A DNA stretch of 64,000 nt, taken from IMG/VR virus record IMGVR_UViG_2912649904_000001, positions 25,860-89,859 of that record; one strand, given 5' to 3'. The notes under the pieces are model-generated. The model was not told the origin of the DNA, ran no database searches, and saw only the letters and a list, made by a program, of their open reading frames with translations. Source of the stretch: a virus (lineage: Duplodnaviria > Caudoviricetes). Shown here one piece after another: positions 10,171-18,625 of the stretch; position 1 is the first letter of the stretch; every line of letters starts with the position of its first letter. Made by a program: the position numbers and the translations under genes.

Positions 10171-10983
10171 ATGGGCGAAGGGCGATGGCAAAAGCGAGGC
10201 GGGAAAGTCCTCTACGAAGGCGGGCCACAAAACCGGATCCGGCTCACTGTCGACACCGCAGTCCGGCCGGACGGGGCCACGGTGGATTATCCGTACGTCG
10301 CGGCGCCGGACTCGGTGCGTGTGCTGGCGGTGCATCAGGGGCAGGTTGCGGCGGTGACCCAGCACCACTACCTCCACGACGCGCAGATCACTGACCTGCC
10401 CGGAGGTTACGTCGACGAGGGGGAAGATCCGGCCGCTGCCGCCCTCCGGGAGCTGGAGGAGGAGACCGGTCTCCGGGCTGCCTGGCTGCACCCGCTTGGC
10501 GCGGTGGCTACTGCTCGTGCGACCAGCGCCGAGAAAGCTCACCTCTTCCTCGCGTACGGCTGTACCGAGGGGCCCGTCTCGCTGGATGCGGGCGAGTCAG
10601 TGCGTTGCTCGTGGCTGACGTGGCCAGACTTGACCGAGATTGATCTCGCAATACCGGTCGCGCTACCTCAACCCTTGGCTGACGCGGCATCGTTGGCCGC
10701 GATCGAGAGGGCACGGGCGCTGCTGCGGGCTGTGGGCGGAGACCTTCCAGCCGCCCGAGACGACCTCCCTAGCGCTGCTTCGGCGGCGTCTACGGTGGCT
10801 GCGCTCCGCTGCCCGTTCGCGGACGACCGCCTCAGCCTGGTCTGGATGGACCTGGCGGTGGGCCGGACTGCGGAGGGTGCCGCGATCCTGGCTGAGCTAA
10901 AAGGGGCGTATGACGGGCCGCGGGCGGACGGTGCGTGGCAGCACGCGGCCGACCGGTTCTCGGATCTGGCGCGGCGTTCGTAA
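10171..10983 (+). CDS. NUDIX hydrolase (ADP-ribose pyrophosphatase-like) with helical C-terminal extension
   Basis: Nudix box GGYVDEGEDPAAAALRELEEETGL. Confidence 0.9.
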   Translation: MGEGRWQKRGGKVLYEGGPQNRIRLTVDTAVRPDGATVDYPYVAAPDSVRVLAVHQGQVAAVTQHHYLHDAQITDLPGGYVDEGEDPAAAALRELEEETGLRAAWLHPLGAVATARATSAEKAHLFLAYGCTEGPVSLDAGESVRCSWLTWPDLTEIDLAIPVALPQPLADAASLAAIERARALLRAVGGDLPAARDDLPSAASAASTVAALRCPFADDRLSLVWMDLAVGRTAEGAAILAELKGAYDGPRADGAWQHAADRFSDLARRS

Positions 10984-11081
10984 GCCTGCCGCTGATCACA
11001 CCGAGGAGTATCGCCGCCCACCATCTCGGCCAGCGTCTTGCGCAGTCACGTCGATACGTCATCGCGGCAGTGTCGCATCGG

Positions 11082-12665
11082 TCACTTGCTGATGCGGCGG
11101 CCGTACAGCCCGGCGGAGGACGGTGTTTGCCGCCCGGCGGTGGGCTGCGGGGCGGTTGGGAGCGGGGCGTGGACGATCGCGCCGCGGTTCGCCTCGGGGA
11201 TCAGGCCGTACACGAGGATGCACGAGGCGTCGATCCGGCCCGGTGAGTCCGGGTCGGTCGGCTGCCAGGTCGCCCACTCGTTCTCCAGATCGGCGAACGC
11301 GCCGCGAAGGCGCACCCGGTCCTGGACCATCTGTTGCGCCACGGGCTCGGCCCTGAGCAGCTTGCCTTGCTTGGCGCGCACGGGGTCGATCAGCGGCATC
11401 AGGTGGCTCTCGGGAATGGCGCCTTCGCGTTGGAGCGTTTCCCACGACGTCTCCAGGGCGAGGACGGCCATGTCTCTGCCGAAGTTCCACTCGACGTAGA
11501 TGATCGCCGCGTTCGTCTCATAGGCGAGCAGGCAGGCTGTCTTGGACCACTCGGCCGACGACATGGGCGCCGATCGGTCGTGGGTGATCCAGACGCGCTT
11601 GTCGTCGCCGAGGAAGCCACTGACGACGCCGGCGGTGTCCCGGCCGCCGCCCGAGGGATCGATCGCGACGGCGATCTTCTGCGGCTCGACCTTCGTGGAC
11701 CCGTCCCGGATGAGCCGCAGCAGGTCGCGTGATACCAGCGCGCCTTCGGACGGCTGCGGGTCGCCCTGCGCCATGGCGTGCCAGTCCCGGACGCTGGACG
11801 TCTTCTTGACGTCCGCCCACCACGCCAGGAGCTGCTTCCGCTGCCTTGTGGGGATCTTCGGGTGCGGCAGCGGCTCCCCGTCCTGGCGGCCGAGCGGGTC
11901 GGGGCCGAACTTGCTGGGGTTGGCGATGGCGGGCAGGTGGACGACCGCCCACCGGCCGCCGTCCTCCAGGCGGCCTTCATCCTCCAGGCGCCGGCCGGAG
12001 AAGTCGTCGGGGTGCCAGCGGGTCTGGATCGCCACCACGGCGTTCCGGTCCGGCTGCAACCGCTTGAGTGCGGCCGAGCTCCACCAGTCGTGGACTTGCT
12101 CCCGCAGCCGGGCCGACTCGGCTTCGCTGCGGTCCTTGTGCGGGTCGTCGACGACGAGGAGGTTCACCGGGAAGCCGGTGAGGCCCGAGCCAATTGACAC
12201 GCTGCGGACGCCGCCGCCCTTCGTGGTGTCGTAGTCCTGCGCGGCCGACGAGCCTGCGAGGAGCGCCAGGTCGTACTCGCCGCCGTGCTCGGCGATGTAC
12301 CGGCGAATCGCCTTGCCTCGCCGCATCGCCAGGTCGTCGCTGTAGGACGTGACGGCGACACGGTCCTCGGGGTGGAGGCACAGCCACCAGAACGGAAACC
12401 ATTCGGCGACCGTCGTGCTCTTGCCGACCTGGCTCGGCGTGAACACCATCAACCGGTCGTAGTCGCCGCGCTCCAGGCCCACCAGGGCCTCGCTGATGAC
12501 CCGCAGGTGCGGGCGCATCCGGAACGAACCATCGAGGCCCCGGGCAAGGGTGACCGGGTCACGCAGGAGGTCCTGCCCGATCGCTCGCTCGGCGGCCTGG
12601 AGCCGCTGATACACCTCGGCGTCCTCCAGATGCTCAAGGCCGGTGGCGTTTATCACCGCGGTCAT
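11082..12665 (-). CDS. terL: Terminase large subunit
   Basis: Walker A-like PSQVGKST, Walker B LLVVDDP, QTRWH, nuclease IAVAIDPS. Confidence 0.95.
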   Translation of the reverse strand: MTAVINATGLEHLEDAEVYQRLQAAERAIGQDLLRDPVTLARGLDGSFRMRPHLRVISEALVGLERGDYDRLMVFTPSQVGKSTTVAEWFPFWWLCLHPEDRVAVTSYSDDLAMRRGKAIRRYIAEHGGEYDLALLAGSSAAQDYDTTKGGGVRSVSIGSGLTGFPVNLLVVDDPHKDRSEAESARLREQVHDWWSSAALKRLQPDRNAVVAIQTRWHPDDFSGRRLEDEGRLEDGGRWAVVHLPAIANPSKFGPDPLGRQDGEPLPHPKIPTRQRKQLLAWWADVKKTSSVRDWHAMAQGDPQPSEGALVSRDLLRLIRDGSTKVEPQKIAVAIDPSGGGRDTAGVVSGFLGDDKRVWITHDRSAPMSSAEWSKTACLLAYETNAAIIYVEWNFGRDMAVLALETSWETLQREGAIPESHLMPLIDPVRAKQGKLLRAEPVAQQMVQDRVRLRGAFADLENEWATWQPTDPDSPGRIDASCILVYGLIPEANRGAIVHAPLPTAPQPTAGRQTPSSAGLYGRRISK

Positions 12666-13288
12666 GGGGTCTCGCTCTCGTCATCGTCGTCGGCGGGGCC
12701 GTCTTCCTCATCGTCGCCGTCGACCGCGCGGACGCGGCGGGACACCGACGCCGCGAGGCCAGCCAGGCGTACCCGCCGCTGCTCCGGCGGCATCTGCGCG
12801 AACTCGGCGAGCTGCACCGCGAGCGGGTTCCCGCCGGTGCCGGTGACCGCGATCGTCGCCGCCGGGTCACCGAAGAGGACGCGCCGGTGCCGCATGGCCA
12901 CGTCCAGGAGCCGGATGAAATCGCCGACGGACATCGACCCGGCGTCGAGGGTGCCGAGGCGTTGCGCCAACTTGCCCACCGCCGCGCCCAAGATCCGTGC
13001 GTCGGTCTCGGCCGCCTTGCGCCGCTCCTCGACCCAGCCGGCCTCGTACAGCCGGTCCAGGTGTCGGTCCCACGAGTCGGCGCGCTCGCGCCACCGGTAG
13101 GTCGCCGCCGCCTTCCGGACCGTCACCGGGTGAAGCTGTAGCCCCTCCGCAGCCTTCTGTAGGGTCCGCGTGCGCCCGAGATCGCGGTAGGTGACGAACT
13201 GGCCGTGCTTGCGGGCAGTCTCGTCGGGTTGCTGCTCCCAGGGGTCCAGGGTTGGACTGAGGCTGATGGGGGGCTTGTTGGCGCTCAC
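12662..13288 (-). CDS. terS: Terminase small subunit (putative)
   Basis: WEQQPDET...YRDLG-TR...W-ERA-WD HTH pattern; ATGA-coupled to terL. Confidence 0.75.
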   Translation of the reverse strand: MSANKPPISLSPTLDPWEQQPDETARKHGQFVTYRDLGRTRTLQKAAEGLQLHPVTVRKAAATYRWRERADSWDRHLDRLYEAGWVEERRKAAETDARILGAAVGKLAQRLGTLDAGSMSVGDFIRLLDVAMRHRRVLFGDPAATIAVTGTGGNPLAVQLAEFAQMPPEQRRVRLAGLAASVSRRVRAVDGDDEEDGPADDDDESETP

Positions 13289-13294
13289 GGTGGC

Positions 13295-14191
13295 CTACGC
13301 AGGGGTGTCGAGGTACTGGTTGGCCCACAGCTCCAGTGCCTTGTACCGGTGCTCTGCGGGGACATCGCCACGGGCTACAGCCTGCTGGAGGGCTTTCTCG
13401 ACGATCGCGGCGGACTTCGTGGGCATCGCGTCGGTGTGGAACAGGGTGAGGAGCGGGGCCATGCCGTGATGCTTGGGCTCCCCCGTGTCCCGGTCGAACC
13501 AGGCGTCGACGAGTTCGGCGGCGTGGTCCTTGAAGCTCTCCAGGATGAGGCCGAAGGCGGTGGCGACGTTGGTGACGTCGCTGCTCTTGGAGGCGAGGTC
13601 GAGGGCAGCCATGGTCTGGTCGTACTGGCGGAGAGCGGCGACCCAGACGGCGTCGGATGAGGAGGCGAGGCCGAGGGCGTCGCGGATGACGTCCTGGGCG
13701 TCCTTGAGGTCGTCGGGGAGGAACACGATCGCGAGGGTCTGGAAGCTCAGGTTGGCCTCGCCGAGGCTGGGGCTGTCGAGGTCGGCGAGGAGTTCCAGGG
13801 TGGCGTCGTCGAGTCCAGCGTACTGGCGGAGGTCGAGGTCTTCGATCTTCTCGTAGAGGGTCTTGAGGATCGCCAGATCGTCTTCCCCGGCGATCGAGTT
13901 GTGCGAGAGCTGGATGGCGAGGCGCTGCGACTCGGTGAGCAGGTCGGAGGTCTCTAGCCAGGTGATCTCTTCGATTCCGGCCTCGATGGCGGCCTTCGTG
14001 CGGTGGTTACCGGAGAGGACGATCCGCTCGCCGGACCCGATGTCGTGCCAGACGAACGGGGTGGAGGTCAGGGCTTCGTCGCGGCGGACGTTCGCGACGA
14101 GCTGCTGATACTGCTCGTGCCGCATGTAGCGCGCGTTCAGGTCGAGGAGCTTCAGCGAGCGGGGGTCGCCGGTGCGGATCTCGGTCTTCAC
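13295..14191 (-). CDS. ParB/Srx-like N-terminal domain protein
   Basis: NARYM...VLSGNHRTKAA...SHNSIAGED; GTGA-coupled to upstream gene. Confidence 0.85.
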   Translation of the reverse strand: MKTEIRTGDPRSLKLLDLNARYMRHEQYQQLVANVRRDEALTSTPFVWHDIGSGERIVLSGNHRTKAAIEAGIEEITWLETSDLLTESQRLAIQLSHNSIAGEDDLAILKTLYEKIEDLDLRQYAGLDDATLELLADLDSPSLGEANLSFQTLAIVFLPDDLKDAQDVIRDALGLASSSDAVWVAALRQYDQTMAALDLASKSSDVTNVATAFGLILESFKDHAAELVDAWFDRDTGEPKHHGMAPLLTLFHTDAMPTKSAAIVEKALQQAVARGDVPAEHRYKALELWANQYLDTPA

Positions 14192-15600
14192 TTCTTCACG
14201 TCCTTGCCGTATCGCTTCTTCCACTCGCGCAGGACCTCGGCGAGCGGCTTGCCAGAGAATGCGGCTCCGTACTGGAGCTGGTACTGCTGGGCGTAGTACG
14301 AGTCGGTCGGGTCGATGCCCTTCGCCCAGTCCTCCTTGAGGACGTCTTTCTGATCACGCTTCAGGAGGCGGAGCACGCCGCGGTACTTCATCGACACCGG
14401 GCGCTTCGTGAAAGCGGTGGTGGCGAGCGACTGGTAGCGGCGATGTCCGTGCCGCCAGGTGAGGAGCTGCGCTTCGCGGCTGATCGCGGCCATGACGATC
14501 AGCTTCGACAGCTTGGCGTAGCGGCTGGTGGAGACCGGGAAGTCGGACAGCATGTAGACGGTGGGCTGCTGAGGCAGGTGCGCGCCCCAGTTCCCGAGGG
14601 TCGGTGCCCACGAGTACGCGAACACGCCGACCAACTTCCCGTCGACGAGGACTGCGACGCCGAGCGATTCGGAGCCGGGGCGGATGTTGGCGTTCATGTA
14701 CGCCGAGCGGAGCGCTGCGAACTGGCCTCCGCTGAGGACGGCGAGGCTGATCCTGTCGCCGATCTCCTCGTCGCCGAGGTGAGGGCCGGGCCACGCCTCG
14801 GTCTTCTGACGGGGCTCGACCAGGCGCATCGGCCCTGAGTTCGCGTAGACGTAGATCGGGATGCCGCGGTTCGTCGTCCTGGTCCGGCCGCGCAGGAACG
14901 GCGCCATCTCGGGGACCTCCTCGTTGGTGCCGAGGAGCCAGTGGTCCCGGTCGGTGATCCGTTGGATCAGGTACTCAAGCTCGGGGTCCTCCATGATCGT
15001 GAACTCGGGCGGCGTCCACTCGAACATCTCCTCCAGCTTGGCGAAGTCGCGGACGAACGCCGCGCCGGCGCCGTGGAACGGCGGGTAGGACACGACGCCA
15101 GCGCCAGGCGGGATCTTGTCGACCCAGGTCAGGGCGTCCTCGGCGCTGTAGGAGGCAAGCTTGAGGACTTCGGCCGCTGCGGTGACCTTCGCGACGGTCT
15201 TGGCGTGCAGGTCGGGCCACTGCTGCTCGTATGCCTTGCGCATCTTCGACCAGTAGACGTGCGATTCGTTCTTGCCCATGAGCGGGGCGAGGCGCGTGCA
15301 CAGCAGCATCGTGGCGAGCTGTTCGGCCGGGGTGTCGTGGCGCTCCAGCGCCCACGGGAACTCGGCCTCGGCGGTTGGGGTGAAGACGAGCGGCATCGGG
15401 TCGTCGGCGAGGTACCGGCCGATTGCGGTCGAGTACATGAGCACGTCGCAGGAGTGGAGGTCTTTCCCCAGCGACGCGAGGGTCTTCTCGACGGTGAAGT
15501 TCCCGCAGCACACGTTGTAGACGTCGGTCACGTCGGTCCACAGGGAGACGTGCTCTCGGACGATTCGGCACATGTCGCTGGGGATCGAGCCGTGGAACAT
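14188..15600 (-). CDS. Adenine methyltransferase-fold / GNAT-like fusion (putative anti-restriction DNA-modifying enzyme)
   Basis: N-terminal VYNVCCGNFTVE...SCD and VVSYPPF; C-terminal GNAT-like pattern VAVLVDGKLVGVFAYS...VYMLSDFPV...LSKLIVMAA...LATTAF...MKYRG. Confidence 0.7.
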   Translation of the reverse strand: MFHGSIPSDMCRIVREHVSLWTDVTDVYNVCCGNFTVEKTLASLGKDLHSCDVLMYSTAIGRYLADDPMPLVFTPTAEAEFPWALERHDTPAEQLATMLLCTRLAPLMGKNESHVYWSKMRKAYEQQWPDLHAKTVAKVTAAAEVLKLASYSAEDALTWVDKIPPGAGVVSYPPFHGAGAAFVRDFAKLEEMFEWTPPEFTIMEDPELEYLIQRITDRDHWLLGTNEEVPEMAPFLRGRTRTTNRGIPIYVYANSGPMRLVEPRQKTEAWPGPHLGDEEIGDRISLAVLSGGQFAALRSAYMNANIRPGSESLGVAVLVDGKLVGVFAYSWAPTLGNWGAHLPQQPTVYMLSDFPVSTSRYAKLSKLIVMAAISREAQLLTWRHGHRRYQSLATTAFTKRPVSMKYRGVLRLLKRDQKDVLKEDWAKGIDPTDSYYAQQYQLQYGAAFSGKPLAEVLREWKKRYGKDVKK

Positions 15601-15717
15601 GGCTGGCTCCCTGGTGGTTCTGGCGGGGCCGGGCGGTGCATCCGGCCGGGCGGGGATGGTAGCCGACCAGTGACGGACCGTGTCCGCGTCGCCGCAGGCC
15701 AAGGAGGGCCTAACAAC

Positions 15718-15749
15718 GGGGAAGCCCCCCGGCTGCGGAGGGCTTCCTC
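15718..15749 (-). terminator. Hairpin just 3' of the tRNA (terminator or processing signal)
   Basis: GAAGCCC...GGGCTTC inverted repeat followed by GTTGTT on minus strand. Confidence 0.5.
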
Positions 15750-15752
15750 TTC

Positions 15753-15827
15753 TGGAGCGCCGGCCAGGATTCGCACCTGGACCTCCCGCCCGGAAGGCGG
15801 ATGTGCTGCTGTTGCTACCACCGGCGC
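15753..15827 (-). tRNA. Atypical tRNA-Gly(UCC) with encoded CCA
   Basis: Folds as GCGCCGG TG GTAGCAACAGCAGCAC A TCCGC CTTCCGG GCGGG AGGT CCAGG TGCGAAT CCTGG CCGGCGC T CCA (75 nt): perfect acceptor and T stems, anticodon TCC, U73. Confidence 0.85.
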
Positions 15828-15949
15828 ACTACGGTCGGCCGCGCCGCTGCTCAGGACGGCCGATCGCAGAGAGGGATGATACACACACTCTCAGCAATCA
15901 CATCTGCGCGCGGTGGAGGGCTGCAATCGCGGGCTGCACCTAGGCCCGG

Positions 15950-16536
15950 CTACGCCCGTCGGGCGGCGCCACCGCGTTCCCTCTTTCCGCCAGCACGGAA
16001 TCCGTGCATCGACTGCCCTTCGCGGCGGGCCGCCCGGGATGCTGACTCCCGACTCAACGCCTCGCCGCGCGAGTTCAGCAGGAGTGGACCTGCGTCGCGT
16101 CCAGCCATGGCGGCGCGGACCAGATCGTCCGCCTTGCCGGAGAGCGGGACCGCGCGCTGCCCCGGCCGCGAATATCCTCCGCAGTGGCGGTCTTCCCCTC
16201 GGGGTCGATGTCGCGGACGTCGAGGGAGAGGGCTTCGGCCAGCCGGAGTTCGCTCTCCCACATCAACGCCCACAGTGCCCGGTGCGCGGCAGGGATCGAC
16301 TCGTCGGCGATGAGGCGCCGGTACTCTTCGGGGCTCACCTCAAGTTGCGGAAGGTCGGTGCGGTGCCCCTTGCCGGGCATGCACTGGCGGGCGGCCTCGG
16401 CGGCAGCCCTGTCGTACCTCATGGCTCCGGTGTCGGGGTCGCGGTCGATCGCATCGACGGGGGCGAGGACACGGCGCGCGGCGGCGGCGCTCAGGCCCCA
16501 GCGCTGGGCGCATTCTCGGACAGTGGTCAACTCCAT
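15950..16536 (-). pseudogene. Frameshifted HTH / truncated tyrosine recombinase fusion
   Basis: Frame 1: HTH, PGKGHRTDL, HRALWALMWESELRLAEALSL; other frame continues VPLS...GPLLLNSRG...MHGFR; no catalytic Tyr box. Confidence 0.7.
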
Positions 16537-16713
16537 GAATCCGCGACCTAGACACAGGGTGTGCAGAGGTCAAGCGTTATCCACGGGGGTGGGGTGGCCT
16601 CGAAGAACGCGGCACAAGCGGCGCAGAGGGGGCTTCTGGGCGGGGCTGTAGCCGCTCGATCGAGCAGCGTGGAGGAGGGAAGGCTGCCCGATCAGTAGCC
16701 CCGGAGACGCGCA

Positions 16714-16752
16714 GAAGGGGCCCTGACGGGCGTGTGCCGTCAGGGCCCCTTC
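16714..16752. terminator. Intrinsic terminator-like hairpin
   Basis: GAAGGGGCCCTGACGG / CCGTCAGGGCCCCTTC 16-bp stem. Confidence 0.8.
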
Positions 16753-16968
16753 GGGGCTATCGCAGTTCAGGCCACGAACAGCGTTCCCTGTTCGGCGACT
16801 TGCCGTACGGCACGAATGGGTGCCCTGTGGTGGTCGAGGTACGGGGTGAAGTCGGGGCTGTAGCCCATCGTGGGCTCCGATCTGGACGTTCGGGTGAAGA
16901 GAAGGAAAGCGTCGGGGCCGTAGGGGCTGTGTGTGCGCCCTGTACGGCCCCGGACCGGCGGCGGCTGG

Positions 16969-17895
16969 TCAGGCGCCGACGGGTTCGATGGCGTCGGCGG
17001 CGCAGTCCGGGCACTGCTGCCGGTAGGTACACGGCCTGTGCGCGCCGCGGCGACCGTTGCAGTGCACGCAGTTGCCGGGGTGGTGGGCGTGGCCTGCCAA
17101 TAGGTTCAGCGCCTCGCTGAGGGTCGAGGCACCGAGGACACGGATACCGTCGACCTCGCGGGCCTCGGGCACGTTCGCGTCCGGGACTAGGACGACCGGG
17201 GCTCCGGCGTCGGCAGCGGCCCGCACCAGGTCGCGAATGTCGCGGACCGACCGCAGCTTGCCATCCAGGCCGAGTTCCCCGATCAGCACGAGCCCGGCCA
17301 GCGCCGAAGCGGCGAGTTGCCCGGTCGCGGCGAGCACCGCGCACGCGAAAGCCAGGTCAAGGCTGCTGCCACCGGGCTCGTCGCCGAGCGCGACGACGCC
17401 CACCGTGACATTCGACTGGTTCCAGGTCAGGCCGCTGTTCACCATCCCTGCGCGCACTCGGTCGCGAGTCTCGATGCGGTTCCGCTCGCGCACCCCGAAC
17501 ACGTTGAAGTTCGGCACGCCCGGGGTGCTGGTGCCCTCCAGCCGGTACACGGTGGCCCCGGCGACGGCGAGCGCTTCGGCGCTGCCGTACGGCTCGATGG
17601 CCGGGGCGGCGTCGCCGAGGGGGCCGTACGCCTCCATGTTGCTGTCCGGGCTCAGCCCGTAGTTGTCGACGCCGCTGCGCTCGCGCAGGTGGGCAACGTG
17701 CTGGTCGACGGCCGCGCGGGCGCTGGCGGCCCACATGGTGGTGACCTCGCCGAAGGCGTCCATGGCCTCGACGCCGATCTCTTCGAGTGCGATGGCGCAC
17801 TTCGTGGCGTCGGTCGGCGCGGGGGCGACGTCCCACAGGGTGTAGCTGCTGCCTTGGTCCTGGCCGACGATGATGTACTCGCGGGTCTCGCTCAT
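16969..17895 (-). CDS. Protein with stand-alone ComM/YifB N-terminal (Lon-like, ChlI) domain
   Basis: ETRDRVRAGMVNSG...GSSLDLAFACAVLAA...IGELGLDGKLRSV...VLVPDANVPEA; no AAA+ motifs. Confidence 0.8.
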   Translation of the reverse strand: MSETREYIIVGQDQGSSYTLWDVAPAPTDATKCAIALEEIGVEAMDAFGEVTTMWAASARAAVDQHVAHLRERSGVDNYGLSPDSNMEAYGPLGDAAPAIEPYGSAEALAVAGATVYRLEGTSTPGVPNFNVFGVRERNRIETRDRVRAGMVNSGLTWNQSNVTVGVVALGDEPGGSSLDLAFACAVLAATGQLAASALAGLVLIGELGLDGKLRSVRDIRDLVRAAADAGAPVVLVPDANVPEAREVDGIRVLGASTLSEALNLLAGHAHHPGNCVHCNGRRGAHRPCTYRQQCPDCAADAIEPVGA

Positions 17896-17915
17896 GGCGT
17901 TGCCCTTCCGGCTGG

Positions 17916-18422
17916 TCACTGGGCGTCGGTGAGGTCGAAGTGCGCGCCGAGCGCTTCGATCTGCTCGGTCTGGGTGCGGCTGAGGGCGTCGCCGGGGTCG
18001 CCGCAGGTGCGGTACAGGTCGACGGCGGAGCGCAGGACACCGAGGACGCCAAGGACGTCGAGGGGTTCGAGCACGGACACGGGACCGGCCAGCGTCGTCT
18101 CGGGCGTAACCAACTCGCGCTGGACGTCGACTAGGTCGCGGCAGCGGAAGATGCGGAGGCCGTAGGCCAACTCGCCGATGCTCGACTCTTCCTCCCGGAC
18201 GTAACGGACGATTGTCCAATCCGGAGAGCGCCCAGCGGCCATGCGGAAGATGGCCTGGGCCGTGGGGTGGTCCTCGCCGAACATGGCGGCGGGGTCGTCC
18301 TCGTCGTTCCAGACGTCGAGAACTTCCCGCCATTCGCCGTCGATCAGGGCGGTGTCGGTGTCTTCAAGGTCGGCCGCGCGGACCGAGTCGGCGGTCCAGG
18401 TGGATCGGGTCGGGGTGCTCAC
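17916..18422 (-). CDS. Hypothetical protein
   Basis: GGAGG RBS before GTG; first gene after a motif A promoter. Confidence 0.65.
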   Translation of the reverse strand: MSTPTRSTWTADSVRAADLEDTDTALIDGEWREVLDVWNDEDDPAAMFGEDHPTAQAIFRMAAGRSPDWTIVRYVREEESSIGELAYGLRIFRCRDLVDVQRELVTPETTLAGPVSVLEPLDVLGVLGVLRSAVDLYRTCGDPGDALSRTQTEQIEALGAHFDLTDAQ

Positions 18423-18580
18423 GCGTTCCTCCAGTGATCTGAATGGGCGGTACGGTGGGCTCCACGTGCCGAATCGGGTTGTGAAGCCCCGCGGTTGGCG
18501 CGGCGGCCGACGGATTCCCAAGGCATTTATGCCCCGTCGGCCGCTTTGCTGTTGTTGAAGGTGGTACACACCCATTCTTC

Positions 18581-18610
18581 CCCAAGTTTACTTTGGAAAA
18601 CCAGGTTGGG
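18581..18610 (-). promoter_or_regulatory. Motif A operator/promoter, copy 1
   Basis: CCCAAGTTTACTTTGGAAAACCAGGTTGGG (+ strand). Confidence 0.75.
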
Positions 18611-18625
18611 GAAGAAAGTTGCAGG

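Noticed and set aside
15753-15827. tRNA as att-site remnant or decayed pseudogene
   Set aside because: Full length, stems and GlyRS identity elements intact, internal to the phage; no duplicate of its 3' end noticed
16577-16585. DnaA-box-like TTATCCACG
   Set aside because: Single mismatched copy; chance is likely
16969-17895. Magnesium chelatase or Lon protease call
   Set aside because: Only the ComM-type N-terminal domain is present; no ATPase motifs
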